Origin: a virus
Length of the DNA stretch: 64,000 nucleotides
IMG/VR virus record: IMGVR_UViG_3300033181_000072
Span: 4,279-68,278 of that record
Reading direction: 5' to 3' (one strand)
Within the stretch, counting starts at the first letter, position 1. Every line of letters starts with the position of its first letter. Of this stretch, positions 55,031-63,406 are shown piece by piece. Made by a program: the position numbers and the translations under genes. Below the pieces are notes generated by a model that saw only the letters and a list, made by a program, of their open reading frames with translations, was not told the DNA's origin and made no database searches.

Positions 55031-55212
55031 GGCCATACCGTCTCTCCCAGAGCCAAGACGATCAGGGTATACCCGAGCCATATACAGAAGGCAGCCAGTA
55101 CGCCACCCGCGGCCAGTCCCAGCAGCTGCAAGAAGTTCAATCGTGTGTCGTCGTATCGCAGCAGGTCGTCGTCGTCCTCAGGGCCCAGGGTCATCGGTAC
55201 GCCTAGTTTCAT
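55027..55212 (-). CDS. Small membrane protein
   Basis: Single TM segment. Confidence 0.4.
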   Translation of the reverse strand: MKLGVPMTLGPEDDDDLLRYDDTRLNFLQLLGLAAGGVLAAFCIWLGYTLIVLALGETVWP

Positions 55213-55562
55213 GACTGCTCCCTCTCGTCCCGCCCCAGATACCCGCGATCCTCGCCGTGCAGGTACTCCCCAATGGCGAGTGCAATCGCCACGGCCAAGG
55301 CAATGGCCACGAGGCTCACGACGGTCAGGAACCTGCGGAGGTAGGTGGAGACGTTCATCGAGTCGCCGCCTGTACAGGCGCTACAGACGCCGCGTGTCCG
55401 CGGCGCAAGTACGGTCCACATCTGCCAGCCCCCGAGCGGCACGTACCCGCAGCGTGCACGGTCATGCGGCCTCCCAATGTGCCACACGTGATCATCGTCA
55501 CCGATGACGTACATCCGTTCCGCTACGGGCTGCTGCTGTGTGTTTGACTCTGCTCGTCTCAC
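55209..55562 (-). CDS. Hypothetical protein with C-terminal TM
   Basis: Coupled ORF. Confidence 0.4.
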   Translation of the reverse strand: MRRAESNTQQQPVAERMYVIGDDDHVWHIGRPHDRARCGYVPLGGWQMWTVLAPRTRGVCSACTGGDSMNVSTYLRRFLTVVSLVAIALAVAIALAIGEYLHGEDRGYLGRDEREQS

Positions 55563-55918
55563 ACGAGGCTCCTCTCAATATGCTGCTGCGCGTACACCTC
55601 GACATCGACGCGGCGTAAGCGCACCGTCCGTCCCACACGCACCACGGGCAGTTCCCGGCGGGAGATGAGTTGATTGACCAGTGAGGGCGAGACACGGAGG
55701 TGATCCGCAGCCTCAACTTTGGTCATCAGCAGCGGACCAGCCGTCGCTGCTGCTTTCCCTTGCAGTTGTGCTGCGAGTTCCTCCCGCACGACCTCACGCA
55801 CCGCCGTGACGAACGTCGTGAGTTGTGCCTGCGCTGCCATCTCCGCCATGCTCGCCACCTCTGACACGCGCTGTTGTGGTGTCAGGTTGGGGAGGCGTGT
55901 CAGGCGTACGTCGTTCAT
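55559..55918 (-). CDS. Excisionase-like helix-turn-helix DNA-binding protein
   Basis: LLMTKVEAADHLRVSPSLVNQLISRRELPVVRVGRTVRL (HTH_17 pattern). Confidence 0.85.
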   Translation of the reverse strand: MNDVRLTRLPNLTPQQRVSEVASMAEMAAQAQLTTFVTAVREVVREELAAQLQGKAAATAGPLLMTKVEAADHLRVSPSLVNQLISRRELPVVRVGRTVRLRRVDVEVYAQQHIERSLV

Positions 55919-56235
55919 GACTTGCCCTGCTCGATTTCTTCCAGCAGTGCCAGAATCTCTGCAACCTTGCTATTCCAGCGCTCCATTGCCTCGGTGGAGA
56001 CTCTGTCGCGCTCTAACTTTTGCAGGTAGGCATGGGTACGCGATATCTCCAAGTCGATATCCGACGGGGTCTTGTCGATGTACACCTTCCCGAGTCCCGT
56101 AGGGGGCCCGTACGCCTGCGCCTGCGATGAGTCTGTTAACTCGCCACTAATCAGCGCCTTCTCTCGCAGCAACCGCTTGAGTGTTGTGAGGTGATCAGCG
56201 GGTGATGTCTCCGGTACACCGTCGGGTGTTGTCAT
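55915..56235 (-). CDS. Hypothetical helical protein
   Basis: GGAGG SD, start MTTPDG. Confidence 0.45.
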   Translation of the reverse strand: MTTPDGVPETSPADHLTTLKRLLREKALISGELTDSSQAQAYGPPTGLGKVYIDKTPSDIDLEISRTHAYLQKLERDRVSTEAMERWNSKVAEILALLEEIEQGKS

Positions 56236-56705
56236 CGGGTCTCCTCCCGGCACGTGAAGCCCAGCACCCGGAGCGCGTCGGTATGCTGAGCAATCGCCGT
56301 CTGCTGTGCGACGATCACGGCAGCGCGGCGAGCGGTGTAGCCGTACATCACCTGGCGCATGTCCAGGTTCGCAATGGCGGCGTGCAGGTGCCAGATCGCA
56401 GTGACGTGGAGAGCTGCGGCCGGGTGGTTGCACGAGTGGCGGTAGTACTGGCTGCCGCACACAAGGTGCGTTTCGGTGGCGATGTGCTTGCCGTACGGCT
56501 CCCCGATAACCGGCTCGTAGACGCGAATGGTGTGCATGAGTGGTTGCTCACTCGCGCTGGCGAGGAGCACGTCGTGTGTGGCGGTCAGCGTGCCGTCCGG
56601 CTCCTCTTGCCAGCTATGGGAGTCGATACGGGCTTCGAGGAGCGTCTGGGGCTGGCGCTTGGAGTGAGGCGAAGATGCCAGTGCCTTCGTGTGGTAGACT
56701 GTCAT
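56232..56705 (-). CDS. SWIM-like zinc-finger protein
   Basis: HLVCGSQYYRHSCNH metal-binding cluster. Confidence 0.45.
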   Translation of the reverse strand: MTVYHTKALASSPHSKRQPQTLLEARIDSHSWQEEPDGTLTATHDVLLASASEQPLMHTIRVYEPVIGEPYGKHIATETHLVCGSQYYRHSCNHPAAALHVTAIWHLHAAIANLDMRQVMYGYTARRAAVIVAQQTAIAQHTDALRVLGFTCREETR

Positions 56706-56723
56706 AGGTAGCAGTCCTTTCCG

Positions 56724-56752
56724 GGGCCGCGTGACGGCAAATCACGCGGCCC
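56724..56752. terminator. Perfect 11-bp GC-rich hairpin (terminator or processing site)
   Basis: GGGCCGCGTGA-N7-TCACGCGGCCC between Cro-like gene and early operon. Confidence 0.5.
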
Positions 56753-56893
56753 TTTGCAATTCCTCAAGCAGCCCGTTGGCTGCCTGAAGTTCCTTCCTTG
56801 CCGCCGCAATGAGCACCAGTGCGCGGGGCGACGTTCGCGCCATGCGCTCCAACTCCATCAGGTGCGCCGAGGCCACCTCTTGGTGCTGAAGCG

Positions 56894-57139
56894 CTAGCCT
56901 GGTGGGGGCCGGGCGGTCTCAAGGGCTCCTGGAGTCGCTGCCGCATCCCCACTATCCACGGGATCGGGAAGCGACAAGCGAACCGATAGGGGCATGGAGC
57001 GATACAGTCCGATGGCGCGGCGCATGATGGTCGAGAAGGGCGTGCCCTGATCACGCGCTTCTGACTCGATCCACTCGCGCATTGATCGCGGGATCGTGAA
57101 GCTGGTGACCATGTTTTCGGGCCTGACTTTGCCGCCCAC
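56894..57139 (-). CDS. Cro-like ribbon-helix-helix regulator
   Basis: VTSFTIPRSMREWIESEARDQGTPFSTIMRRAI; divergent from repressor. Confidence 0.7.
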   Translation of the reverse strand: MGGKVRPENMVTSFTIPRSMREWIESEARDQGTPFSTIMRRAIGLYRSMPLSVRLSLPDPVDSGDAAATPGALETARPPPG

Positions 57140-57154
57140 CGGTGCCTCCGCAAC

Positions 57155-57250
57155 TGCTTATCACTACAAACACTATACAGATGTTTGGCGTAATAAGCAA
57201 TAGCTAAAGTGACGAGTTTTGAAAATTCGCCATGTTCGCAGTAATAAGCA
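57155..57250. promoter_or_regulatory. Lysis-lysogeny switch operators
   Basis: GT[A/G]ATAAGCA three times (57155-64 inverted, 57190-99, 57241-50) between divergent regulators. Confidence 0.6.
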
Positions 57251-57276
57251 GGGCTGACGCGGCGTACACTTCCAGC

Positions 57277-57738
57277 ATGGAGAAGCAAACGTTCGCGGGT
57301 TATGTCCAAGCACGGCGTTGGGAGCTGAAACTGTCCCAGGACGGGCTAGCAAAGGCTGCTGGAAAGCCGATCACGAGGGGCTATCTTGGTCAGTTGGAGC
57401 GCGGTTTTATCAAGCGACCAGGGCGCGAGCATCTGGCCGCACTGGCGCGTGGTTTGGATGTGTCCGTAGAGGACCTGGTGCGAGCGATGGGCATGCTCCC
57501 TGGAGCCGCACACGAAACAGGGGTGGATGATGATTTACCACATCTGAACGACCGCGTACGGATCGGTCTTCGGCGTGCACGGACCCAGATGCCTGATGAT
57601 GACTACGAGCGCCTCGTTGCGACCATCGAGAGCCAGGTCGAGGCAGCGCTGAAGAGCGTTGAAGACGGAACGCTCGAACCTTCGGTGACATCCCGGCACG
57701 TCGATAAGATCCTCGACAAGCACCTGGGGCACCACTGA
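57277..57738 (+). CDS. XRE-family phage repressor (ImmR-like)
   Basis: RRWELKLSQDGLAKAAG...TRGYLGQLERG HTH; no S24 peptidase domain. Confidence 0.88.
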   Translation: MEKQTFAGYVQARRWELKLSQDGLAKAAGKPITRGYLGQLERGFIKRPGREHLAALARGLDVSVEDLVRAMGMLPGAAHETGVDDDLPHLNDRVRIGLRRARTQMPDDDYERLVATIESQVEAALKSVEDGTLEPSVTSRHVDKILDKHLGHH

Positions 57739-57782
57739 ACGCATATCAGAGAAGCAAAGGCAGGCCGAATCCCTATGAAGAG

Positions 57783-58241
57783 TTGGCAAAGCAACTCCGC
57801 GTGGAGATGCCGATGCCCACATCGCGCAAGTTGCGAGCGTGGCGCGACTGGCTCTGGGACTGCTTTCGCGTCGTTCTGGTTGCACCGGAACTGCCAGAGC
57901 ACTTCGACGGAACGGGCATCTTCCTTGGCAGCGAGGATTGCCGTGGGATCATCCTACTTCGCCGTGGGACAGAGCATGCTATCTGGACGTTGGTCCATGA
58001 GCTGGGGCATATCCTTACCGAGCGCTGTTATGACGTTGACGCCGCACAGGACGGGCTGCAATGGCAGACGACAGGTGACGAGCAGGCCGCCGACGAGTTC
58101 GCCTGTTGTTTCATCATTGATGAATACGAGCTACTGGAGTTTATGGGTGAGGGGCGAACCGTGAGACAGTTTGCACAATATCTGAAGGTTCCAGTGAGCG
58201 CAGTGCTACTCAGGTCGCGGTTGATGGGATTGATGGTGTAG
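57783..58241 (+). CDS. immA: ImmA/IrrE-family metallopeptidase (anti-repressor)
   Basis: TLVHELGH zinc motif, EQAADEFA; adjacent to repressor. Confidence 0.88.
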   Translation: MAKQLRVEMPMPTSRKLRAWRDWLWDCFRVVLVAPELPEHFDGTGIFLGSEDCRGIILLRRGTEHAIWTLVHELGHILTERCYDVDAAQDGLQWQTTGDEQAADEFACCFIIDEYELLEFMGEGRTVRQFAQYLKVPVSAVLLRSRLMGLMV

Positions 58242-58250
58242 CACGTCCCA

Positions 58251-58290
58251 GAGCGGTTGATTGTGGCCCGATTTGGGCAGTTGTAGGAGG
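58251..58290 (+). repeat. 40-bp cassette-leader repeat, copy a
   Basis: GAGCGGTTGAT-TGTG-GCCCGATTTGGGC-AGTTGTAGGAGG, 6 nt before ATG 58297. Confidence 0.9.
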
Positions 58291-58296
58291 CACGTC

Positions 58297-58560
58297 ATGG
58301 AATATCTGATGCTCGCCGTATTCCTCGGTCTTATCCCCGCTTTCATCGCTCATAACAAGGGGAGAAGCTTCTTCGGTTGGTGGGTGTATGGTGCGTTGCT
58401 GTTTATCGTCGCTCTGCCCCACGCAATCCTCATGCGGCCCGATACGCTACGGTTGGAAAGGGAACAGATTGACGCGGGAGGCCGGAAGTGCCCGCATTGC
58501 GCTGAGTTTATCAAGCAAGAGGCAATTGTATGCCGGTACTGTGGGCGTGATGTGCCATAG
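58297..58560 (+). CDS. Membrane protein with C-terminal zinc ribbon
   Basis: Two TM segments, KGRSFFGWW, CPHC...CRYC. Confidence 0.75.
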   Translation: MEYLMLAVFLGLIPAFIAHNKGRSFFGWWVYGALLFIVALPHAILMRPDTLRLEREQIDAGGRKCPHCAEFIKQEAIVCRYCGRDVP

Positions 58561-58604
58561 GTGATGCCGATGTCACAGCAGCAGATGTGCCGGAAGCGGA
58601 GGTT

Positions 58605-59045
58605 ATGATGCGCTGGTTCTGTGCGATTGCGGTTGTACTACTGGCAGGGTGTGGAGCAGCCGATTTCGGACTAGTAGCGCCGACGCCGACGGGGAGTACC
58701 ACGGCAACCGCATTACCGGCCACGTCCGTCCCGCAGCTCACGAGCGTGCCGACCGCAGAGGAGAAGATCCTGACAGAGATGTCGGGCGACGGCAATGGCC
58801 AGACCGCACTGTTCACGGTCACTGGGCCATGGGCCATCAGCTATACCTACGATTGCACAGGTCGCAGTGGAACCATCGTGTCGCTGGACGTCTGGGATGT
58901 TGCGGGCAAACGCATACCGGAGAACTTCCACCAGGGCACGATGAAGCCGGGCACCGGTGCAGATGTCGTACACCTGGCCACGCCAGGCACTTGGCTCGTG
59001 CATGTGGGATCGATTTGTCGCTGGCACTTGACGGTACGCGGGTGA
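58605..59045 (+). CDS. Lipoprotein
   Basis: Lipobox LLAGC, Pro/Thr linker, beta-sandwich with two Cys. Confidence 0.75.
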   Translation: MMRWFCAIAVVLLAGCGAADFGLVAPTPTGSTTATALPATSVPQLTSVPTAEEKILTEMSGDGNGQTALFTVTGPWAISYTYDCTGRSGTIVSLDVWDVAGKRIPENFHQGTMKPGTGADVVHLATPGTWLVHVGSICRWHLTVRG

Positions 59046-59075
59046 CGGGGGCCCGGTTTGGGCAGGTGTAGGAGT
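59036..59075 (+). repeat. 40-bp cassette-leader repeat, copy b
   Basis: ACGCGGGTGAC-GGGG-GCCCGGTTTGGGC-AGGTGTAGGAGT; overlaps upstream stop. Confidence 0.88.
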
Positions 59076-59088
59076 GGAGGTTGTGGGC

Positions 59089-59868
59089 ATGGTACGTCTG
59101 TTGTGGGCACTGGTTTTGGTTCTGTCGCTTTTGGTACCTGCTGCGTCGGTGTCAGCTGAAAGTTCGTGTCAGTTCATTCTGGGCTTCAGTATGCTGCACG
59201 ATCTCATCCCAAATACGGTGGGGGACTGCGTAGATAACGAAGCACACAATCCACTGAATGGTGACGGTCTTCAACACACCTCAAGAGGGCTCATGGTGTG
59301 GCGCAAAGACGATAACCGCATGGCCTTTACTGACGGCGCTACGTCATGGATCATCGGTCAGACCGGGGTTATCTCTCGCCCCAATGGAGTGCGTTACACA
59401 TGGGAGCCGAACCCGGAGAAACTTCCCGTGACTGATGGGCAAGTGACGATGCTTGTCGGTAGCTGCGCCGTACCCAAGAGTGATCCGAACGGTCCCGTAA
59501 CGGTCAGTACGTTGGTGTTCTTGGATGAAGCATCGTTCGCTCAGCCTGCACGGCGGTGCCTAACGCTGATACCTGATATCACGACCGATCGTTTATATGC
59601 CTACCTCAATCAGAACGGTGCGGGCTTCGGTGGCACCAATCTGTGTCGCTGCCAGAACATCCCGGCCTCGCGATCAGTATTTGGCAATCCGACGGCAACT
59701 GGCTGGGTTACTCACGTGGTGCAACAGTGGGGCACGAACACGTTCAGTCGTTTTGACGTAGCAATTGTGCAAAGTGATCGCGGGTGGCTCATTGATGACA
59801 TTACCTGTACGAGGGGCGGGCCCGAAACATCGGTATACGCAGGAAGTCATTCCTCCTGCACACAATGA
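59089..59868 (+). CDS. Secreted protein, paralog of 61826-62647 (shared N-terminal domain)
   Basis: Signal peptide; CQFILGF...GDGLQHT..GLMVWRK.DN..AFTDG domain. Confidence 0.75.
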   Translation: MVRLLWALVLVLSLLVPAASVSAESSCQFILGFSMLHDLIPNTVGDCVDNEAHNPLNGDGLQHTSRGLMVWRKDDNRMAFTDGATSWIIGQTGVISRPNGVRYTWEPNPEKLPVTDGQVTMLVGSCAVPKSDPNGPVTVSTLVFLDEASFAQPARRCLTLIPDITTDRLYAYLNQNGAGFGGTNLCRCQNIPASRSVFGNPTATGWVTHVVQQWGTNTFSRFDVAIVQSDRGWLIDDITCTRGGPETSVYAGSHSSCTQ

Positions 59869-60323
59869 GCGGGCCGACCTCTACCCTAAAGCCGCCCAAG
59901 CCCGCAGTAAAGCCTTTGACCGCAGGCCAGGGTTGTGGGTGCCTGCTGCTGATCGTCGCGATCGTCGCCGGTATCCTCTGGCTGATCGACCGGACGAACA
60001 GCAGTACCACGTCAACCGCCCCGACCGGTGCACCGACCGCGCAGTCGAACGAATCCATGGCCCTGCAAATCGTGGCGGCATCTGGCGACAGTCCAGCGGC
60101 CTACAAGCAGCAACTTGATCTCATCGCTCCCCACTGTGACGAGCCGCGCGACCAGGTTGCGGGGATGCCCGTGGTAATCCAAAAGACGCTCAAGGACCGT
60201 GGCGTGAACGAATCCATGCTCTCCATCATCACAAACGGCGGGATGGCGGTGAAGGCAATTAGTGGGACGACTCGGTGTGCTGACATCTTTGCTGCGTACG
60301 CCGCGCTACGGATACCAAGGTAG
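59865..60323 (+). CDS. Single-pass membrane protein
   Basis: GCGCLLLIVAIVAGILW TM; ATGA-coupled. Confidence 0.65.
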   Translation: MSGPTSTLKPPKPAVKPLTAGQGCGCLLLIVAIVAGILWLIDRTNSSTTSTAPTGAPTAQSNESMALQIVAASGDSPAAYKQQLDLIAPHCDEPRDQVAGMPVVIQKTLKDRGVNESMLSIITNGGMAVKAISGTTRCADIFAAYAALRIPR

Positions 60324-60348
60324 TGGCGACGTGACGTTCGCCGTGCCT

Positions 60349-60388
60349 GAGCGGATGATTTGTGCCCGGTTTGGGCAACTGTAGAAGG
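60349..60388 (+). repeat. 40-bp cassette-leader repeat, copy c
   Basis: GAGCGGATGAT-TTGT-GCCCGGTTTGGGC-AACTGTAGAAGG, 7 nt before ATG 60396. Confidence 0.9.
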
Positions 60389-60395
60389 GCAAGCC

Positions 60396-61289
60396 ATGGG
60401 TAGGCGACGAGGTTCACGAGGCAGCTACAGGCGTCACTATCGTGGAGGGGGACAAGGCAATGCTTTCGGTTTCATTACGGTGCTTATGGTTGCACTGGGA
60501 GCGTTTGTAGGAGAGTTCTTTAACAAGAAGCAGTTAACGACTCATGATGCTGCGCCTCCACGATTCAAGGCACAGAGCGTTGAACCTGCACGACCTCTTG
60601 ATGATCGGGTACCGGTCGACGCGCTGCCGGTCGGTGCGCCTGATTCAATGCAATCGGCGACTGGCAGAGACGTGCCGTCGCTGGGGCGACCGTTGCCAGT
60701 TATCAACTACACACTATCGCCAGAAGAGTATGGCCGGTTCTGCCTCATCAGTAGTGCAATTGCAAAACTGAAGGAAGCTGAATGGGTGCGGTTTTCGTGG
60801 TACTACAAGGGCGAAGGGTCCACTACGAATCGCTGGCCGGTACATATACGATGTAACCAAGGAAGCGGGGAATCTGATGCCCCTGTATGGGGCATTGAGG
60901 TGGATGACGTCTTTGATTTTTACTTCTACCCTGAGGGAATATACGTGTTTGCCGGCAACAAGGGCACCGTCGTTGAGCCCAATGTCATGAATTATGTTCT
61001 GATCAGAGCAAAAGTAAGTATCTGCGAGCAGCGAATATACCTTGAGGACGCGACGGACACGGTAGAAATCGTTCGCCGAGAGCATATGTACCTTCGCCTC
61101 GACGGGCACCCTGACATGAGACATTCATACAATCCCATGGTTCCCGTAGCGCGGATAGGCGTCATCGAGATTGCGATCAACGAGCAACACATCATGCTTT
61201 TGGAGGTATCGAGCAAGGCTATTGCATTGGAGGCTGGCAGCCAGCTGGCGCAGGCACTCTCGCTGCCTACGGATGGTGAAACACCGTAG
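60396..61289 (+). CDS. Membrane-anchored hypothetical protein (DG.PD.R..N motif)
   Basis: Basic N-terminus, one TM, LDGHPDMRHSYNPMVP resembling C-termini of DUF4236-type proteins. Confidence 0.6.
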   Translation: MGRRRGSRGSYRRHYRGGGQGNAFGFITVLMVALGAFVGEFFNKKQLTTHDAAPPRFKAQSVEPARPLDDRVPVDALPVGAPDSMQSATGRDVPSLGRPLPVINYTLSPEEYGRFCLISSAIAKLKEAEWVRFSWYYKGEGSTTNRWPVHIRCNQGSGESDAPVWGIEVDDVFDFYFYPEGIYVFAGNKGTVVEPNVMNYVLIRAKVSICEQRIYLEDATDTVEIVRREHMYLRLDGHPDMRHSYNPMVPVARIGVIEIAINEQHIMLLEVSSKAIALEAGSQLAQALSLPTDGETP

Positions 61290-61320
61290 GCAGCGAGTCA
61301 GAATTGCGCGTCCCGTGTAT

Positions 61321-61360
61321 GAGCGAATGATCGCGGCTCGGTTTGGGCAGTTGTAGGAGG
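61321..61360 (+). repeat. 40-bp cassette-leader repeat, copy d
   Basis: GAGCGAATGAT-CGCG-GCTCGGTTTGGGC-AGTTGTAGGAGG. Confidence 0.9.
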
Positions 61361-61370
61361 TTGTGATGTT

Positions 61371-61814
61371 ATGGGCGACATTGAGGTTCCAGTAGTAGAC
61401 CACTACCAGCAACGTGCTGCTGAGCTCATTAACACGATTCTCCCAAATGGCCGGGGCACACTTACGTGGAACTCGCCCGCTCAGGCAAAGCAGTTATTAG
61501 GGCAAATTCGTATGGTGCAAAAAGGGCTTCGTCTGGTGAAAAAAGACATTGCTATCACGATGAAGACCATACGATCAGCGGTGACCACGCAGTCGACTAC
61601 CATGAATAGAAGCATCTTGGTAAGCGTATTCTTTGGCGTACGGGCAGCCGGTAGGGTGCGAGCGCTCAACCGCGAGGGCATCCGACAGAAGGAAATACAG
61701 ATACTGGCACCGTATCAGGCGGTGTCCCGAAGTATTGATGATGCATTACTCCGATTGGATGCTGCCAAACTCCAAATCGAAAGTAGTACACAGAACCGTT
61801 TTGGCAATCTGTAG
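61371..61814 (+). CDS. Helical hypothetical protein
   Basis: Follows repeat d SD. Confidence 0.6.
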   Translation: MGDIEVPVVDHYQQRAAELINTILPNGRGTLTWNSPAQAKQLLGQIRMVQKGLRLVKKDIAITMKTIRSAVTTQSTTMNRSILVSVFFGVRAAGRVRALNREGIRQKEIQILAPYQAVSRSIDDALLRLDAAKLQIESSTQNRFGNL

Positions 61815-61818
61815 GAGG
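61794..61818 (+). repeat. Degenerate cassette-leader repeat, copy e (3' half)
   Basis: AACCGTTTTGGCAATCTGTAGGAGG, 17/25 matches to the 3' consensus. Confidence 0.5.
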
Positions 61819-61825
61819 TGTTGTT

Positions 61826-62647
61826 ATGCGTCGGTTGTTTCTGTCCCTGGTGATAGCGGTGTCGTTGATGGTGCCGGTCGCGTCAGCATCGGCTCAGGCG
61901 GTGGGGTGTTCGTTCCAGCTTGGCTTTGCGGCACTGGCGGCAATGATTCCCGCAAAGGTGGGTGCGTGCCTAGAGAACGAGAACCACAACCCACGCAACG
62001 GTGACGGACTCCAGCACACCACTGGCGGCTTGATGGTGTGGCGGAAGTCGGACAACTGGACGGCTTTTACGGACGGTTATCACAGTTGGATCAATGGTCC
62101 GAATGGGCTGCAGCAACGACTGAATACCGAGCGCTTTGTGTGGGAGTGGACGGATAGCGGCCCGCTGGACCCGACAATCATGATTATCCCCAATGGGGGG
62201 CTGAGTGATCGCCCACCGTGCGTTGGGGGTGATCTCCTTACTTTCGGGCCTGCGTCGGCCAGTGTGGATTTCGCTGCGACCCTCCTGTCTGAATCCAGGT
62301 ATATCGGTCGCTGCATCGACTTTATAGGGCAACTCAGAGAAATCGATTCTAGAACGCCGCAAGCAACGCTGTCAGGTACGTACAGGGTAACTCTGCACTA
62401 CATCGTGGACGTTGATCTCAGTCAGATGATCGACCCAGCGCTCGCCAAGAGCGGCTGGATCCACACGAAGCCCGGGGAACTGGTCGAGGTCGTTGGTGTG
62501 CTCACCGGCGTACGCGCTGACCTCGGAGCCACCCACCTCAGCATAGCAGCCCGCCTTAGCTCGACAGGATTGATCGGGAGTGGCTGCCAATATTACGCAG
62601 TCGGGTTCGGTCCAGCAGTTCAATGCTTCGATCAGAACCAGCGGTAA
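61826..62647 (+). CDS. Secreted protein, paralog of 59089-59868 with different C-terminal domain
   Basis: Signal peptide; CSFQLGF...GDGLQHTTGGLMVWRKSDNWTAFTDG. Confidence 0.75.
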   Translation: MRRLFLSLVIAVSLMVPVASASAQAVGCSFQLGFAALAAMIPAKVGACLENENHNPRNGDGLQHTTGGLMVWRKSDNWTAFTDGYHSWINGPNGLQQRLNTERFVWEWTDSGPLDPTIMIIPNGGLSDRPPCVGGDLLTFGPASASVDFAATLLSESRYIGRCIDFIGQLREIDSRTPQATLSGTYRVTLHYIVDVDLSQMIDPALAKSGWIHTKPGELVEVVGVLTGVRADLGATHLSIAARLSSTGLIGSGCQYYAVGFGPAVQCFDQNQR

Positions 62648-62701
62648 AGGAGTGATACGTTTATTCATCCTGTTTTGATTTGTGCCTTGATTTCAGTCCC
62701 G

Positions 62702-62741
62702 GTGCGTTTGATCGTCGCCCAGTTTGGGCAGGTGCCGTGGG
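62702..62741 (+). repeat. 40-bp cassette-leader repeat, copy f (SD lost, no gene follows)
   Basis: GTGCGTTTGAT-CGTC-GCCCAGTTTGGGC-AGGTGCCGTGGG. Confidence 0.8.
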
Positions 62742-62983
62742 CTAGGGGCAGGCGGTAGTGTGAGCGAGGCGCGAAGTGAGGGTGCGGCGGATAGCAAATG
62801 CTGACCTAGCCATGACGCGGTACTGCGAGACAAGGGTGTCATGTCCAAAGTCGCCAACTTTATCGGGGCGCAGGGGAGGTAGGGGGGGAGGGAGACGAGC
62901 CGATATGACTCCCATCACCAGAGATTTGGATTTTCCGTACACAATAATCGCAAAATTGCTATAATACGCTGACGGAGAGTTGC

Positions 62984-63406
62984 ATGGCGAAGAGGGGTGC
63001 TGGCGGTGACATATTCGTTGGAGAGCTTCGGCCAGCACGAAGCGCGTACAGAATTCAGACCACGCCTACCTTTGAGGATGGCCTGAAAGAGCTTGGACGA
63101 TCGGATGCGGAACGTCTATATGCCAAAATTCAACAATTCGAGCGCCATTGGCGTGGAGGACTTTCCGAACCCGACTTGACACGGATGTTTGACTACAAGG
63201 CGCTGAACGGTTCGGAATACAAGAAATGGGGTGTTCGCCAACTGACGCTACTTAGGAATTTCCGGGTCATCTTGACCGATATACCGTCCCTCAATCCGCC
63301 CATCATGTACTACGCATGGACCTTTCGCAAGACTCGGCAGAACGACAAGGTTGAAACGAACCGAGGAATGTTGATATGCAAGTCAATCCGGGAGAGATTA
63401 CTGTGA
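62984..63406 (+). CDS. RelE/HigB-like toxin
   Basis: YRIQTTPTFEDGLKEL...YKAL...FRVI...FRK pattern; TATAAT upstream; precedes HTH gene. Confidence 0.6.
   Translation: MAKRGAGGDIFVGELRPARSAYRIQTTPTFEDGLKELGRSDAERLYAKIQQFERHWRGGLSEPDLTRMFDYKALNGSEYKKWGVRQLTLLRNFRVILTDIPSLNPPIMYYAWTFRKTRQNDKVETNRGMLICKSIRERLL

Noticed and set aside
58251-62741. CRISPR array interpretation of the 40-bp repeats
   Set aside because: Intervals are 450-1300 bp, contain whole genes, and no cas gene is present
58251-62741. Classical integron attC sites
   Set aside because: No RYYYAAC...GTTRRRY box pair, repeats sit upstream of genes and include the SD, and no IntI is in the window; only an analogy is retained
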